DNA of 64,000 bases, from the IMG/VR virus record IMGVR_UViG_2878528002_000001, positions 34,473-98,472 of that record, one strand, 5' to 3'. Within the stretch, counting starts at the first letter, position 1; the number at the start of each line of letters is the position of its first letter. Both the position numbers and the translations under genes were made by a program. Below are positions 10,226 through 20,588 of this stretch, piece by piece. The DNA is from a virus. Lineage: Duplodnaviria > Heunggongvirae > Uroviricota > Caudoviricetes. The notes below the pieces were generated by a model. The model saw nothing but the letters and a program-made list of their open reading frames with translations, was not told where the DNA came from and did no database searches.

Positions 10226-11911
10226 TTATTTATTATCGCTAGGAGATGGAAGATTATTTGCTCCATTATTTCTACTAACGATTGTATTTTCATTTGTTGG
10301 ATTATCTATTTGTGGTCTGCCATCTCCATCGGAAGCAGCAGTACCACTACCAGAATCTTCCTGATTTTTACTCAAAGTATATGATGTTTCATGAGGTTTA
10401 TAGCGGTCGAAAATTCCGTCTTCAATTTCCTGATCCAGAACACTGAAATATGCATCGGGATCAATTCCTGCGGATGCAATAAGAAATGACAATGATCCGC
10501 CAGCCGACATATATAAATCTTTGCAGAAATTGAAAAATGTCTGTTTATTAACGAAAGAAGTAGGGAAGTAGTAGATTTCTACTTTGTTCTTTTCGTCTTT
10601 AATAATGTTCTTGTTGATTACATAATTTAATTCCTGTTGCCATTCGTATACCCATGTATACAACTGAGCATTTATCATTTCCAGGTTATTTTGACCCGCG
10701 GCAAAATTACCAGTAGTCATTGCACCAATAAGTGACGCACAGATTCCTAAATCTTGCGAGATATCATTATTCAGATTGGATTCATTTTTGGAATCAAAAA
10801 TATCGATATCTACATCAACAGAACTGAGCTTTGTTCCAGCCGCTACGGAAAAGAAGCTAATTCCACCACGAGTATTCTTATTCATTACCGCATTTTTTAC
10901 ATCATTGTGCTGCTTTTCCTGTTGTTTTGCAGTCAAAGCACAAGTACCTTTATCTTTACCTTCTGGAAACGTCTGATAAATAATTTTCGAATTGATATCA
11001 TCTAAAACTTTGCGTTTGGTATCAACGTAGTAATCTTTATATAAAACATCTTCAAGTGCAGCAATAATAAGACTTCTTCCCCATGGTTCAGAATCTTTAC
11101 ATTTGATTTTTCTACATAATGTTCTGGTATTATCCAAAATCATCCAGTCACCCGTAGTTTCACCATCATGTCGTTTATGGTATCCATCAGTAATTTCTGT
11201 CGGATATTTTCACAACTTCTGATCAAGTTTTTCACCAGTAAAATCATCGAAATATCTGAGATTAAATGCCAATACATATCTGCCATTTCTCTTCCCTACG
11301 ATTTTGGTGTATCGCCATGGAAGAGTAATAATACGTGCATTAATTCCGACTTCGTTAATTTCCACGATATTTTCAACATCATAGTCCGTCATGAACTTAT
11401 TGCGATCAAATGTACCTTGCCGGACATCAAAATAATAAAAAGCCGTACCTTCACGCATTTCCGTGTGAAGAGCATCCCTGATAAAAGCTTTATCATCTAT
11501 TGTCCTTAAGGCAGCTTTCATTAAATCCCTATTCTTTTTTTTCTTGGTTTTCGCTGTGTTATTTGGGAAAATAATAATTCTATCCAGACATGGAAGAGAA
11601 GTCATATAATCTATAGAATTTGATACAATACCATTTTTGGTATATACAAAATCAGAGAGCCGAATTGCTTCTTCATGATACATCACTGGATTTTTCAAGA
11701 TATTATCTATATCAGATTTTGTGAAATAGTTATATACTCCACAAGAAAACAGAAAATTTGAAGCATCGAATGCGAGATTAGCATAGTAGCTGTTCTGTTC
11801 ATTTGTCACATCTTTAACTGGTTGTGCAACAGTTTGCACGGTCTGAGTATTCACCTCAGATATTTTATTTTTCGGAGGGCGACCCCTCTTGCGTTTTACT
11901 TCCTCTGGCAT
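10226..11911 (-). pseudogene. Portal protein (561 codons) interrupted by in-frame TGA at 11210-11212
   Basis: ORFs 11210..11911 and 10226..11143 are in one frame: ...GEKLDQKL*KYPTEITDGY...; lies between terminase and protease. Confidence 0.75.
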
Positions 11912-11967
11912 AGTCGCCTCCTTTCAATTTTTAAACCTCTCATCACTAAAGTCACGAGTGTTCTCGA

Positions 11968-13788
11968 CTAATTTATAAACGTTACATATTCATATTCACT
12001 CGAATTACCCATCATATCTAATTCAAGCTGATCAAAGAAATATGAGCCATATGAACAAGCGGTATATCTATCTTTTCGATTTTTACCCTGTTCATATATT
12101 TTGATGATACCTGTTTGTGGCATTTTTTCATACTGAAGTTCCGCACATTCACTTATCATAGCCTGAGTTTCAAGAAATGGTCGTTCGTATTCTACCTGAA
12201 TGTTAGGATCTATTTCATTTTTATAATCATTGTTATTTGGTAATATTTCTTCTTTTGCCGTGTTATAATTGACTAAAAAATCTATTTTATTTTCAATTAA
12301 ATTTTTTCGGAAAGAAGTAGCTATTTCACTATTCAAATTTTGAGTAGCATTAACAGCATATATACATGCAGGTGCGTTTGGATCAGGACATACTTTTGCA
12401 TATTCATCAACATTCATGCATTTAAGAGGAGGATATTCAACTCCACGTTCTTCATCGAACAATACCTTTTGAAGAGCATAAATTATCTGAATTCCACCCG
12501 ATCTCGCATCAATTACAATATAATCCGCATCAAAGTCCTCATACAATTGACGAATACGAATAGCTTGAAGGGTTGTATCACCAATCTGATTTGATTCAAT
12601 ATACGGATATTGTCTACGATAACCTTGTTTTACCTCAATTTCATTATTATTAGAAAGATATGTTGATGATTCTGGAATACCACGTACACATGCATAAACT
12701 GAATTATCATTTTGCGATCCTGCCACAAATGCGATATCATTTGATACTATACGCACCTCGTTATCTATTTTGGGAATTGCATATTTGTTTCTCTTATTAT
12801 TCTTATAATCCAATGTATTTCGAGGATAAAAAACATGTTTGGAAATCTGTCTATTCATCAACATCGAATATGTAAAATAAGAAGACATAGAATCTTTTAC
12901 ACGTAAATTCAAAAATTCGATTTTCCATGTAACAGGATCTTGCTTCTTACGTTCCCTAATTAACTGTTTTAATGTTTTAAGATGATGTTTCAGAGTAATA
13001 CTTTCATCAAATGTCAATAAAACGGCGCCATTATGTTTTTGCATACCCTCATATGATTGATCAACAATATCCCAAATCCATGCGCCATTATCAATCCAAC
13101 TAGAACTTATATAGACATCCACAGGGTCTTCTTGTAAAACTGTATTTTCACCGTAATATGGATTAAGCATATATGGTTGATTTCTAACGGTCTGGAACGG
13201 AGAAATAACGGAATCTTCAATTTTCTTGTCGATCATACGAAATTCTTCTCGGCAAATTGCGTTTGATCTTAATCCACGAGCATTGTCATTTGCAACAAAA
13301 ACCGTAATTTTTGATCCATTTCTAAATTTTACAAAAATATTATTTTCACTCGTACTCCAGTCCTCAATCTCTGCTTTTAATGGCTTGCTCCACTCACATA
13401 ACTCATCAAGTATCTTATCTGATACGATAAGTTTAGCCTGTTTCTTAGTGCTTGAACCTATCCTAAATTTTGTTCCCGGATATAATATACATCTGCAACA
13501 AGCATATAAAGCAATAATAAAAGATTTCGCATCGTTACGACTTGCGATAATGCATATAAAATTAGAAATGTCCATTAAATAAATAGCTAATTCCTGATAT
13601 ATATATAATGATAGTTTTAAATAGTCCTTTACAAAACGGTGCATATTTCTACGCCAAAAAGTACACCATGCTAAAGCATGCAATACATTTGTAGGATTAC
13701 TCAAATAATGAGTAGACGGGAATTTTTTATATAAATCTTTTTGATTTCTATCAGCAGGATATTGAGTTAAATTATTCATCATCTTCAT
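11968..13788 (-). CDS. Terminase large subunit
   Basis: 606 aa; Walker A-like ASRNDAKS, Walker B-like ICREEFR, nuclease motifs SNDIAF and KDRYTA. Confidence 0.85.
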   Translation of the reverse strand: MKMMNNLTQYPADRNQKDLYKKFPSTHYLSNPTNVLHALAWCTFWRRNMHRFVKDYLKLSLYIYQELAIYLMDISNFICIIASRNDAKSFIIALYACCRCILYPGTKFRIGSSTKKQAKLIVSDKILDELCEWSKPLKAEIEDWSTSENNIFVKFRNGSKITVFVANDNARGLRSNAICREEFRMIDKKIEDSVISPFQTVRNQPYMLNPYYGENTVLQEDPVDVYISSSWIDNGAWIWDIVDQSYEGMQKHNGAVLLTFDESITLKHHLKTLKQLIRERKKQDPVTWKIEFLNLRVKDSMSSYFTYSMLMNRQISKHVFYPRNTLDYKNNKRNKYAIPKIDNEVRIVSNDIAFVAGSQNDNSVYACVRGIPESSTYLSNNNEIEVKQGYRRQYPYIESNQIGDTTLQAIRIRQLYEDFDADYIVIDARSGGIQIIYALQKVLFDEERGVEYPPLKCMNVDEYAKVCPDPNAPACIYAVNATQNLNSEIATSFRKNLIENKIDFLVNYNTAKEEILPNNNDYKNEIDPNIQVEYERPFLETQAMISECAELQYEKMPQTGIIKIYEQGKNRKDRYTACSYGSYFFDQLELDMMGNSSEYEYVTFIN

Positions 13789-14818
13789 CCTCTGGGACGA
13801 AAAATTCTTTATCTCTTATATCACTACCTGTCATAATATTTTGCATTGGTCTACAAACATGCCGATCAAAATATTCGCCAATTTCATCCCAATCTGAATA
13901 TAGTTTTTTATCTTTGTAAAACTCTTCTGGTGTATATTGAGAAATAGTAGCGAGAGTAACACCAAATACTTCATCGTTACTAGAATCTTTTTCTTCTATA
14001 GTCCTAAGACCTGCTTGTTTGAATGTTTTACTATACTGTTCCACAAGAGAAGAATATTCTTTTGAATCACCTTTATTCAATGCTCTGATCATCAGCATAT
14101 TAATATTGCAAAGAGCTTTAATAAAAATCTCTTGGTTGTTATCTGCATTAGGATTATTTTTCTTTAACATTTTATAATGATCATCAAGATTTTTATAATC
14201 TGCCTCTGTAAAACCAACCCCCCATCTGTCGATAGCAGTAGCTGTAACAGCAACATTATCGTTCTTTGTTTGTTCCTTGGAAGATATCACAGAACTTAAT
14301 TGATTTTCATAATCATATTTCATTCCATCTATATAAGTAGCTCCGATACGAGCGGTTTGTCCTAAATTCTTTTTGGCTAAATAATGAGAAATTCTGCTTC
14401 GATCCACTGAAATTTGACGAGAGGCGGTAAGAGCGTCAATATGAAAGATTATATCGAATTGTTGACAGATATGTTTAACAGCATGGGCTTCATTCCCGTT
14501 ATATAAATCTACTAGCTGATAGTAATATTTATCGCGACAATCATTGCAAATTGTTAAATATCCATTGTTACTCTGATAAAGTGGTGATGCTGTTTTGCAA
14601 AAATGACTCTTCTGTGTATTCCAGCTTTCGCCACAGCAGGTACATTTAAACTTTTTATCATCCTCAGTAACATAAGACCTAGGCATCATAATTTTGATAG
14701 AAGTATTTAATTTAATGGGAGCATTTGTCTGCTCAACCATTTTTTCATCTCTTGATTGTATTTTATTTTGAGCCAAATACTCACATCCTTTCTGATTTAT
14801 TATTCCATATATTACCAA
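13772..14818 (-). CDS. Putative terminase small subunit (YonG-like, Zn-binding)
   Basis: 348 aa with CTCCG and CNDC motifs; overlaps terL start. Confidence 0.55.
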   Translation of the reverse strand: MVIYGIINQKGCEYLAQNKIQSRDEKMVEQTNAPIKLNTSIKIMMPRSYVTEDDKKFKCTCCGESWNTQKSHFCKTASPLYQSNNGYLTICNDCRDKYYYQLVDLYNGNEAHAVKHICQQFDIIFHIDALTASRQISVDRSRISHYLAKKNLGQTARIGATYIDGMKYDYENQLSSVISSKEQTKNDNVAVTATAIDRWGVGFTEADYKNLDDHYKMLKKNNPNADNNQEIFIKALCNINMLMIRALNKGDSKEYSSLVEQYSKTFKQAGLRTIEEKDSSNDEVFGVTLATISQYTPEEFYKDKKLYSDWDEIGEYFDRHVCRPMQNIMTGSDIRDKEFFVPEDEDDE

Positions 14819-14875
14819 TGATTTTCTTATTTAGTTTTGCTATAATTATTTCATTACAAAATAGGAGAGTGTTAT

Positions 14876-15217
14876 ATGGCAACATTTGAAATTGAAAATT
14901 ACATTAAATTAATTTGTATCCGCGTGGATCATTTTGAAAGTTATATTGTCGATGAAGTAAATACAAACAAAGAAGAAGACATAGACAAGTTTCTTACATT
15001 GCATCGAAATCGACCAGGTGTTAAAATACTAATATTTAGAATGAATACCATGGAAATCATTACCTTCGATGAAGTGAAAAGAATTATACATACTGCGCAT
15101 ATGTTTGATTATCTGCGTCAACTTGTTTCTGATGGGAATAAATTGCTTCAAGTAGAAGATGTTGATAAATTACCAATTGGCACGTTTATCAAATATCTTG
15201 CAGATATAGAAGAGTAG
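14876..15217 (+). CDS. Hypothetical protein, lone opposite-strand gene (moron-like)
   Basis: 113 aa with GGAG RBS; antisense to all neighbours. Confidence 0.6.
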   Translation: MATFEIENYIKLICIRVDHFESYIVDEVNTNKEEDIDKFLTLHRNRPGVKILIFRMNTMEIITFDEVKRIIHTAHMFDYLRQLVSDGNKLLQVEDVDKLPIGTFIKYLADIEE

Positions 15218-15302
15218 GGCGGTAGTAGGTGATGAACCTACATGTCTAAAGTCCATGTGCACCCAGACAGAAGACTTTGGCATCAGGTTTACCGCATAAT
15301 AA

Positions 15303-15326
15303 TAGAGGGGCTATCCAAACCCCTCT
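15303..15326. terminator. Hairpin between convergent genes
   Basis: AGAGGGG-N9-CCCCTCT. Confidence 0.5.
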
Positions 15327-15359
15327 TCCTTTGTTAAGGTCGTCCTTGTCGGACAAAAA

Positions 15360-16337
15360 TTATATTTTATTTACAAGATTCTTCCAGTATTCGAATCTCT
15401 TGTTTACGGATTCAGAAGAAGCAGTACCACCACCTGCAAAAATAGCAGCGTATTCTTCATTTGAATCATAGTTATTTGAGAAATCAGCCACGGCAAGAGC
15501 AAACGCTGTAAAATCTTTATTTTCTTTTATGCACTGATATGCCGCATATAACATCATCGGAATTGATGTTGGTTTAATTTTCAGTTCATCTATTGATTCA
15601 TCTAATTTGTCCAATGCCCCACGAAGAGTATCTACATCTTTGTTATTAATATGCTCATCATACCAAGAAATGAATTCATCTATATCTTTCGTTTTGAAAG
15701 ACGTGAAATCCTGATATTTATTTGTATTAATCAGCATCAGTGTTTCACGAATCATATCTCTGTTTACATCTTTTCGGAGTTGAGCATGAGACATAATCTT
15801 TTCAAAGAATGGATGATCAGCAAGAGAGAAGATAATTTCACTTACAGTGTCACTCTCAATTGCTGTACGTTTCTGTGTATTAGATAATGGCTTGCCATTA
15901 TTCTGACGACGAAACATCTCGCGAATATCCTCATCAGTGCATCCTGAGAAAATATATACAATAAGCTCGTAATCTGAAATTTTATCTTTTACAGATTCAT
16001 CTAGCTCAGAATATTTCTTTCCTGCAATCTCATATTTTTCACCATCGATTACCACAGGCTTTAAATCCTTTGATAATTTGTATTCATCATTGAGAAATTT
16101 ACAAATAGTAGTAGCGCGCTGAACGCCATCAAAGATGTATTTCTTTTCATCCTCTTTTAATTCCGCGCGGATTGGATCAAGTGGGTAGTTGCGAAGCATA
16201 GAATCGATAAGTAAGCTTTTCTGCTCTTTCGACCACTGATCCTCTTTACGCTGACATTTGTGTTTCGTGCTGTATCTACCCTTACCCATATCTTTTGCAA
16301 ATGTCTTTACAAGCTGTTTCTTGTTATTGAATTCCAT
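15360..16337 (-). CDS. DUF262 (ParB-like / GmrSD N-terminal) domain protein
   Basis: QRKEDQWS..QKSLLIDSML..YP..PI and IFDGVQRATTI motifs. Confidence 0.8.
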   Translation of the reverse strand: MEFNNKKQLVKTFAKDMGKGRYSTKHKCQRKEDQWSKEQKSLLIDSMLRNYPLDPIRAELKEDEKKYIFDGVQRATTICKFLNDEYKLSKDLKPVVIDGEKYEIAGKKYSELDESVKDKISDYELIVYIFSGCTDEDIREMFRRQNNGKPLSNTQKRTAIESDTVSEIIFSLADHPFFEKIMSHAQLRKDVNRDMIRETLMLINTNKYQDFTSFKTKDIDEFISWYDEHINNKDVDTLRGALDKLDESIDELKIKPTSIPMMLYAAYQCIKENKDFTAFALAVADFSNNYDSNEEYAAIFAGGGTASSESVNKRFEYWKNLVNKI

Positions 16338-16416
16338 TTTACACCTCCAATATATGATAATTTTACGTTATCATAATTGGATAAATATGTAAAGGGACAA
16401 ATACATCTTATTTATA

Positions 16417-16503
16417 CGTTGGAGGTAGGATTTGAACCCACGTGCCCTTGCGGACAAACGGTTTTCAAGACCGCCGCATTCAACCAGACTCTGCCACTCC
16501 AAC
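16417..16503 (-). tRNA. trnS: tRNA-Ser(TGA)
   Basis: Full cloverleaf: acceptor GTTGGAG/CTCCAAC, anticodon loop CTTGAAA, long variable arm TGTCC-GCAA-GGGCA, T-loop TTCAAAT, G73. Confidence 0.95.
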
Positions 16504-16609
16504 AAATTCCCGTCTTTCCGGATTGCCAGACAACCCAGTAGTCATTCCTTAAAGCCACCAGATAATCCCTCTAATTTGAAATAAAATTATGGAAAGGAGG
16601 GTGAAGTAT

Positions 16610-16717
16610 ATGGATTATCTACATAGTGTAAAATCTGTTCACGTTAATGGTTACAAACGTTTCCGTTGTGGTCAATAGGAACATGTAAGAGAACATTGGC
16701 GTTCTTTACCTATCTGA
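16610..16717 (+). pseudogene. Small HVxxY.R.R.G..EHV.EHWRS.P-type peptide with internal TAG
   Basis: Strong AAAGGAGGGTGA RBS; MDYLHSVKSVHVNGYKRFRCGQ*EHVREHWRSLPI; TAG at 16676-16678. Confidence 0.55.
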
Positions 16718-16905
16718 TAGACAAGGTATAGCTTTTCACCTAGAGCCGGATCAACTCTCTGATAAAGGTTTGGTTTCATTTCGTGGTAACTGACGACACT
16801 CTTTAACGTATCTATTTGGACACTACTACAATAATGGCTACCACACAGGTAGCTTATAGGATTAGAATTCCAACATCATTATAGGTTTACATGTCCGTGC
16901 AATTA

Positions 16906-17091
16906 TTAGAATTTATTTGACTTTCTTGCTTGTGACAAACTTTTTTGTCGTCGTACTGCATTCTTCTTTGCAGTTTTTTCTAATAACAAATCATCTAATT
17001 TATTATTTAATTCTCTGCCCAGAATGGATATACATGTGAATTCATCACTCCTATACAGAGAAGTAGCATAAGGCGTTTCTATATGTAACAC
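16906..17091 (-). CDS. Small basic hypothetical protein
   Basis: 61 aa; GAGGTG RBS before GTG; lies in an otherwise structured non-coding region. Confidence 0.35.
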   Translation of the reverse strand: MLHIETPYATSLYRSDEFTCISILGRELNNKLDDLLLEKTAKKNAVRRQKSLSQARKSNKF

Positions 17092-17457
17092 TATACACCT
17101 CGATTAGTAGTCATTGTTTTGGAAGCGGTGTTCTGCCCACTGTTTATCTTATACCTACTCGCTCATACATATCCGCGGTTTATGATCTTTTGGATTTTGC
17201 CTTATGACAAAATAACGTCTTTACAATTTCCTTATTGATTGGAAATTGCACTTCGTACTTCCACATGATATTATTGATTTAGTATTTCCGTCTATAAATA
17301 AATAATATTAACCGCTGTTGATCAGTAGTGGCTGCGTCTTTATATTTTTATGTTGCCCACATCAACAACGTCATCTACAGCCATTTATATTCCGGTTGTT
17401 AGCGGTATAGCCGGAGATCACTGTTTATTTACTATGAAATTGGAGTTTCGTTATAGA

Positions 17458-18495
17458 TCAGATAAATGCTTCATCTGATTCATCGTCCTCATCTGGTTTG
17501 ATTATGTAATGATTTTTTGTTGTTGAAACATCAACATGTCCAAGAAGTTTTTGAGCAACTTCAGCGGACTTATGCTCGTACACGACGATGTTTGTAGCTC
17601 TCGATTCCCTCAGGATGTGTGGGTGTACACGTCTTCCTACAATTTCTGTAAAAATAGTAGAACACCAGTCATTAAATACACCTTCTCCAACTTGACGCGT
17701 TTCACTACCATCTTTTCTCTTGATAACAAACATATAAGGACAATCGTCTTCTCCACGAACTTCAAGCCATTTTTTTAACCAATGCATAGCATCTTCCCCA
17801 AATTTTAATTTGCGTTGTTTACCAACAACAGATTTCCCTTTGCATCGAATCGTATTGGTTAAATATTGTTTTGAGATTGCAGTTACTTCCTTACCATCTT
17901 CATCCACAATTTTTATTTCTTTTTCTTTTGCAGTGTAATCAACAACCTCTTTTAGAAGTTGTCTTGCTTCAGCACGGCGACATCCTGTACTATAAGAAAA
18001 TACAAGATAAGCAAGCTTTTGCCATTCTTCACGTTTTTCTAATTCTTCACATAAATGAACATATTCGTCTGGAGTAAGGGGAACTTTTTCATGTACATAC
18101 CCCGTCTGGACAACTTTTAATCCAACTGTAAAATTCCTAAAAGTAGGGTATTCATCTTCATACATTACCATTACATAATTGCAAAATGTGCTTACGGCAG
18201 ATTTTTTAAATTTAATTGCAGAATCTGACATACCTCTATTTGTTAGCCAGTTTAAATATTTTTGAAATTCTTTCTTTTTGATTTCAGTAAAATCTTTATT
18301 TTTAAGATTATTTTTAACCCACACAAAAAATACTCTAAGACCAGATTTATATGCAGGTTTTGTCTTAACAGAAAGATCAGCTTGATTATCCAGATAGTCT
18401 TGAACCATTTCGCGATTAAATTCGTTGACTTGTTCCCATTCCTCATCTGTAATTTCTTCTGATCTGTCAGCTATTTTACCATCCAATAATCTCAC
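17458..18495 (-). CDS. Tyrosine recombinase (XerC/D-like)
   Basis: STGCRRAEA, HILRESRAT, LLGHVDVSTT..HY: complete catalytic set. Confidence 0.9.
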   Translation of the reverse strand: MRLLDGKIADRSEEITDEEWEQVNEFNREMVQDYLDNQADLSVKTKPAYKSGLRVFFVWVKNNLKNKDFTEIKKKEFQKYLNWLTNRGMSDSAIKFKKSAVSTFCNYVMVMYEDEYPTFRNFTVGLKVVQTGYVHEKVPLTPDEYVHLCEELEKREEWQKLAYLVFSYSTGCRRAEARQLLKEVVDYTAKEKEIKIVDEDGKEVTAISKQYLTNTIRCKGKSVVGKQRKLKFGEDAMHWLKKWLEVRGEDDCPYMFVIKRKDGSETRQVGEGVFNDWCSTIFTEIVGRRVHPHILRESRATNIVVYEHKSAEVAQKLLGHVDVSTTKNHYIIKPDEDDESDEAFI

Positions 18496-18522
18496 TTCCT
18501 TCCTTCATTGATATTGATATAA

Positions 18523-19794
18523 TTATGCAACATTATATATTACTTCATCTATTTTACTGGATAAAATCTCTTTATATTTTAACGAATCCATATCTTCTGG
18601 AAATAAAATAACATAATTGCAATTATTATCTAATAACAATTTTTCTTTCATTAGCATTTTGTCGCGATATTTTTCATGCTTCTTATATTTAAAGGTTTTT
18701 GTTCTCCATAAATTATTATCATTGCTAATCACCCCTGCAATTTCTATATATAATTTATATTTATTATCAACAATCAAACAATAATCACAATTCGATTTAC
18801 CTTTACAATCCGTAAATAATTTATACGGGACATCTCTATAATAACTTTCATTATATACATAACCTATAGAGCGTAGATAATTTGAAAAATCATATTCCAT
18901 AGAAGAAACAATACGTTCTCCATCATCAAAAATATACTTAAAACTAAAAGTATTTGGATTCATATTAAATCCAAGATCATTTATATATTTATACAAATCA
19001 ATATTTTCTCTTTTAAATGCTTTCATTATACTTTTATGCTCTACGTTATTTTGATGATACAGACCACTTTCAAGATCTTTCCATCGTACATATGTTTTTC
19101 CTGTTTTATCTTTAAAAGACAATAAAGACTCAGTTAATATGTCTTTATAATATGAAAATGGTAGAGGAATGACCCCGAGAGGTTTCATTAATCCCAATTT
19201 ATTTCTTGCATTTACAAGACTGCCATATATTCTATTAATGACAATCATAGAAAAGCCCACATTATTAGTTGTGATATCGTCTTTGAGTATTGGTCTGCCA
19301 AGTCTTTTTTCTAATTGAATTAAAGAATCTCCAACTTCTTTCTCAGTAAATTTTCTATGTGCATTAAATCCACACCATGAAATAAAATCACTATAATTTT
19401 TTACGGTTTTATCTGGACAATATTTTACAAACCAACTTGCACTAGGAAGCCCTAAATTATTATTAGTTAATTCAGTACTTGTAATGTAACCGCCTTTTGT
19501 ATTTGACAAGTCTTTGAATTTTTTTACAAATGCATCATAATCCATGCTTTCTGTTCTAACATGTGACGTCTTCCCAAATTGTAAAATAAAATCATTATAA
19601 GTAATTTTATTTTCCTTCAATAATCGAGTAATAATTCTTCCTTGTGGCATATTATGTTTAGAATCACACAAAACATAAGTAGGAACAACCCCATACTTAT
19701 TGACGAATTGTCTATATAAAATTACTAAGTCATCATATGTGATTTCTGTAGCTTTTATTTTTCTACCCGCAACATTTAATAGAACTTGTGTCAA
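18523..19794 (-). CDS. Homing-endonuclease-like protein (repeated DNA-binding units plus C-terminal PD-(D/E)XK domain)
   Basis: Repeats such as GLPSASWF and FSMIVINRIYGSL; C-terminal CDYCL....LYIEIAG; next to a tRNA. Confidence 0.6.
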   Translation of the reverse strand: MTQVLLNVAGRKIKATEITYDDLVILYRQFVNKYGVVPTYVLCDSKHNMPQGRIITRLLKENKITYNDFILQFGKTSHVRTESMDYDAFVKKFKDLSNTKGGYITSTELTNNNLGLPSASWFVKYCPDKTVKNYSDFISWCGFNAHRKFTEKEVGDSLIQLEKRLGRPILKDDITTNNVGFSMIVINRIYGSLVNARNKLGLMKPLGVIPLPFSYYKDILTESLLSFKDKTGKTYVRWKDLESGLYHQNNVEHKSIMKAFKRENIDLYKYINDLGFNMNPNTFSFKYIFDDGERIVSSMEYDFSNYLRSIGYVYNESYYRDVPYKLFTDCKGKSNCDYCLIVDNKYKLYIEIAGVISNDNNLWRTKTFKYKKHEKYRDKMLMKEKLLLDNNCNYVILFPEDMDSLKYKEILSSKIDEVIYNVA

Positions 19795-19862
19795 AAATAT
19801 CCTCCTATAAAATAGAAGAGGGCTTATCGCTGTTTCACAACATGCGCCTCAAATTTATTAAA

Positions 19863-19933
19863 CACATCCGCCGCGGCTTGAACACGGAACTAACAGTTTT
19901 GGAGACTGTCGCTTTTCATTAAGCTACGGATGC
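19863..19933 (-). tRNA. trnW: tRNA-Trp(CCA)
   Basis: Cloverleaf: GCATCCG/CGGATGT acceptor; anticodon arm ACAGT-CTCCAAA-ACTGT; T-loop TTCAAGC. Confidence 0.92.
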
Positions 19934-19957
19934 AAAACGCGAGATTTTACTCCCGCG

Positions 19958-20575
19958 TCAGAAATCAATCTTTATCAAAATATCACGTACTCTGTCTTCA
20001 TTCAGTACGTCACTGCCATAATATGAATAGCTTTTATATGCACCATCTTCATGTTTGCTCAGATTAAAACCATGTACATTGTCACCGTCTTTTAATGTAT
20101 GTACGTAGGTTTCACCTTCCTCAACCTCGTCGTCTAGGAAACATTTACCTTCTTTGCGGTCGTAGCAACACTCGCAAAAGTCATCATATTCTTCTGGTTC
20201 TTCATCGTTAGATTCTTCAAAAGAATACTCATATACAATTGCATTTTTGCTGATTTTCTTGAGGACTTTTGTATTAGAATCTCCAGAAATAAATACAACG
20301 TCGCCATCGGGATAAAGATATTCATCTTTAGGTTTTGCTTTCTCACACCAGATACCATCGTCGTTAATGGTCACATAGTATTCATCTTCGTACCCATGCC
20401 ATTCAGGATCTTCTAAAAGAAGCTCTTTGAATTTGTGATCGTAGAAGATTAGCTCGCGCAGAATTTCTTTTGCATCTTCATATTTACAAACAAACACGAT
20501 TTCATTATGCCCGTCGTACATATCATTTGCCGCAAGGCATAAATCCTCGATATCTTCAAAATATAATGTCTTCAT
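19958..20575 (-). CDS. Acidic hypothetical protein
   Basis: ORF track 19958..20662; likely start MKTLYFEDI after GGAGG RBS. Confidence 0.6.
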   Translation of the reverse strand: MKTLYFEDIEDLCLAANDMYDGHNEIVFVCKYEDAKEILRELIFYDHKFKELLLEDPEWHGYEDEYYVTINDDGIWCEKAKPKDEYLYPDGDVVFISGDSNTKVLKKISKNAIVYEYSFEESNDEEPEEYDDFCECCYDRKEGKCFLDDEVEEGETYVHTLKDGDNVHGFNLSKHEDGAYKSYSYYGSDVLNEDRVRDILIKIDF

Positions 20576-20588
20576 ATGACACCGCCAA

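Noticed and set aside
11210-11212. Alternative genetic code (TGA or TAG reassignment) to explain the portal TGA and micro-ORF TAG
   Set aside because: Many genes here end cleanly at TGA or TAG, the other long genes lack internal stops, and no suppressor tRNA is seen.
16538-17116. 10-bp repeat AGTAGTCATT at ~16538 and ~17106; possible group I intron GACUA element
   Set aside because: Only two copies, no P7 partner and no interrupted gene; compatible with chance.
19863-19933. tRNA-Trp as a UGA suppressor
   Set aside because: It has a CCA anticodon, G24 (no Hirsh change) and a full 5-bp anticodon stem; the portal context suggests Arg rather than Trp.
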